DNA of 27,426 nucleotides from a virus (Duplodnaviria; Heunggongvirae; Uroviricota; Caudoviricetes): IMG/VR virus record IMGVR_UViG_2660238683_000003, positions 1 to 27,426 of that record; one strand, 5' to 3'. Shown piece by piece: positions 27,314 to 27,426 of this stretch (position 1 is its first letter; each line of letters starts with the position of its first letter). The notes under the pieces were generated by a model. It saw only the letters and a program-made list of their open reading frames with translations, ran no database searches and was not told where the DNA came from. The position numbers and the translations under genes were made by a program.

Positions 27314-27426
27314 GAGACCTGGCGGGGAGAGATCCCATAAGCGCTAACTTAAGGGTTGAACCATCTGAAGAATGCGACGCCTCGGTGCCTCGTTAAGACG
27401 ATGCCTCGCGTTCTTCAATTGCGTTT

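Overview
The window reads as a segment of a P1-like (Punavirus-type) temperate phage-plasmid, judged from gene content and order recalled from phage P1; no database search was possible, so all P1 gene names are synteny/motif-based from memory. Minus strand, left to right: an acidic ORF, then the Dar antirestriction and lysis operon (ddrB, ddrA, darA, hdf, lydB, lydA), then the tail module (U, a macro-domain ORF, S, R, 16, bplA, pmgA, sit, pmgB, tub, pmgC), then a low-GC sim-like cluster of exported proteins. Plus strand at the right: the immI region (C1 operator, c4 antisense RNA, icd, ant1/ant2), a second C1 operator with kilA and repL, a small membrane protein, and a hok/mok/sok-type toxin locus. 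Three things depart from the P1 layout I remember: (1) a very AT-rich HTH/acetyltransferase/GT4 glycosyltransferase cassette on the opposite strand where P1 has cin and the alternative half of the invertible C-segment, with an orphan cix-like site left inside S; (2) a macro-domain gene translationally coupled between tail fibre S and assembly gene U; (3) a hok-family toxin next to the lytic replicon. No tRNA, rRNA, CRISPR array, integrase or transposase was seen. The ORF track uses GTG/TTG as well as ATG starts, so several N-termini were trimmed to the first ATG with a Shine-Dalgarno.
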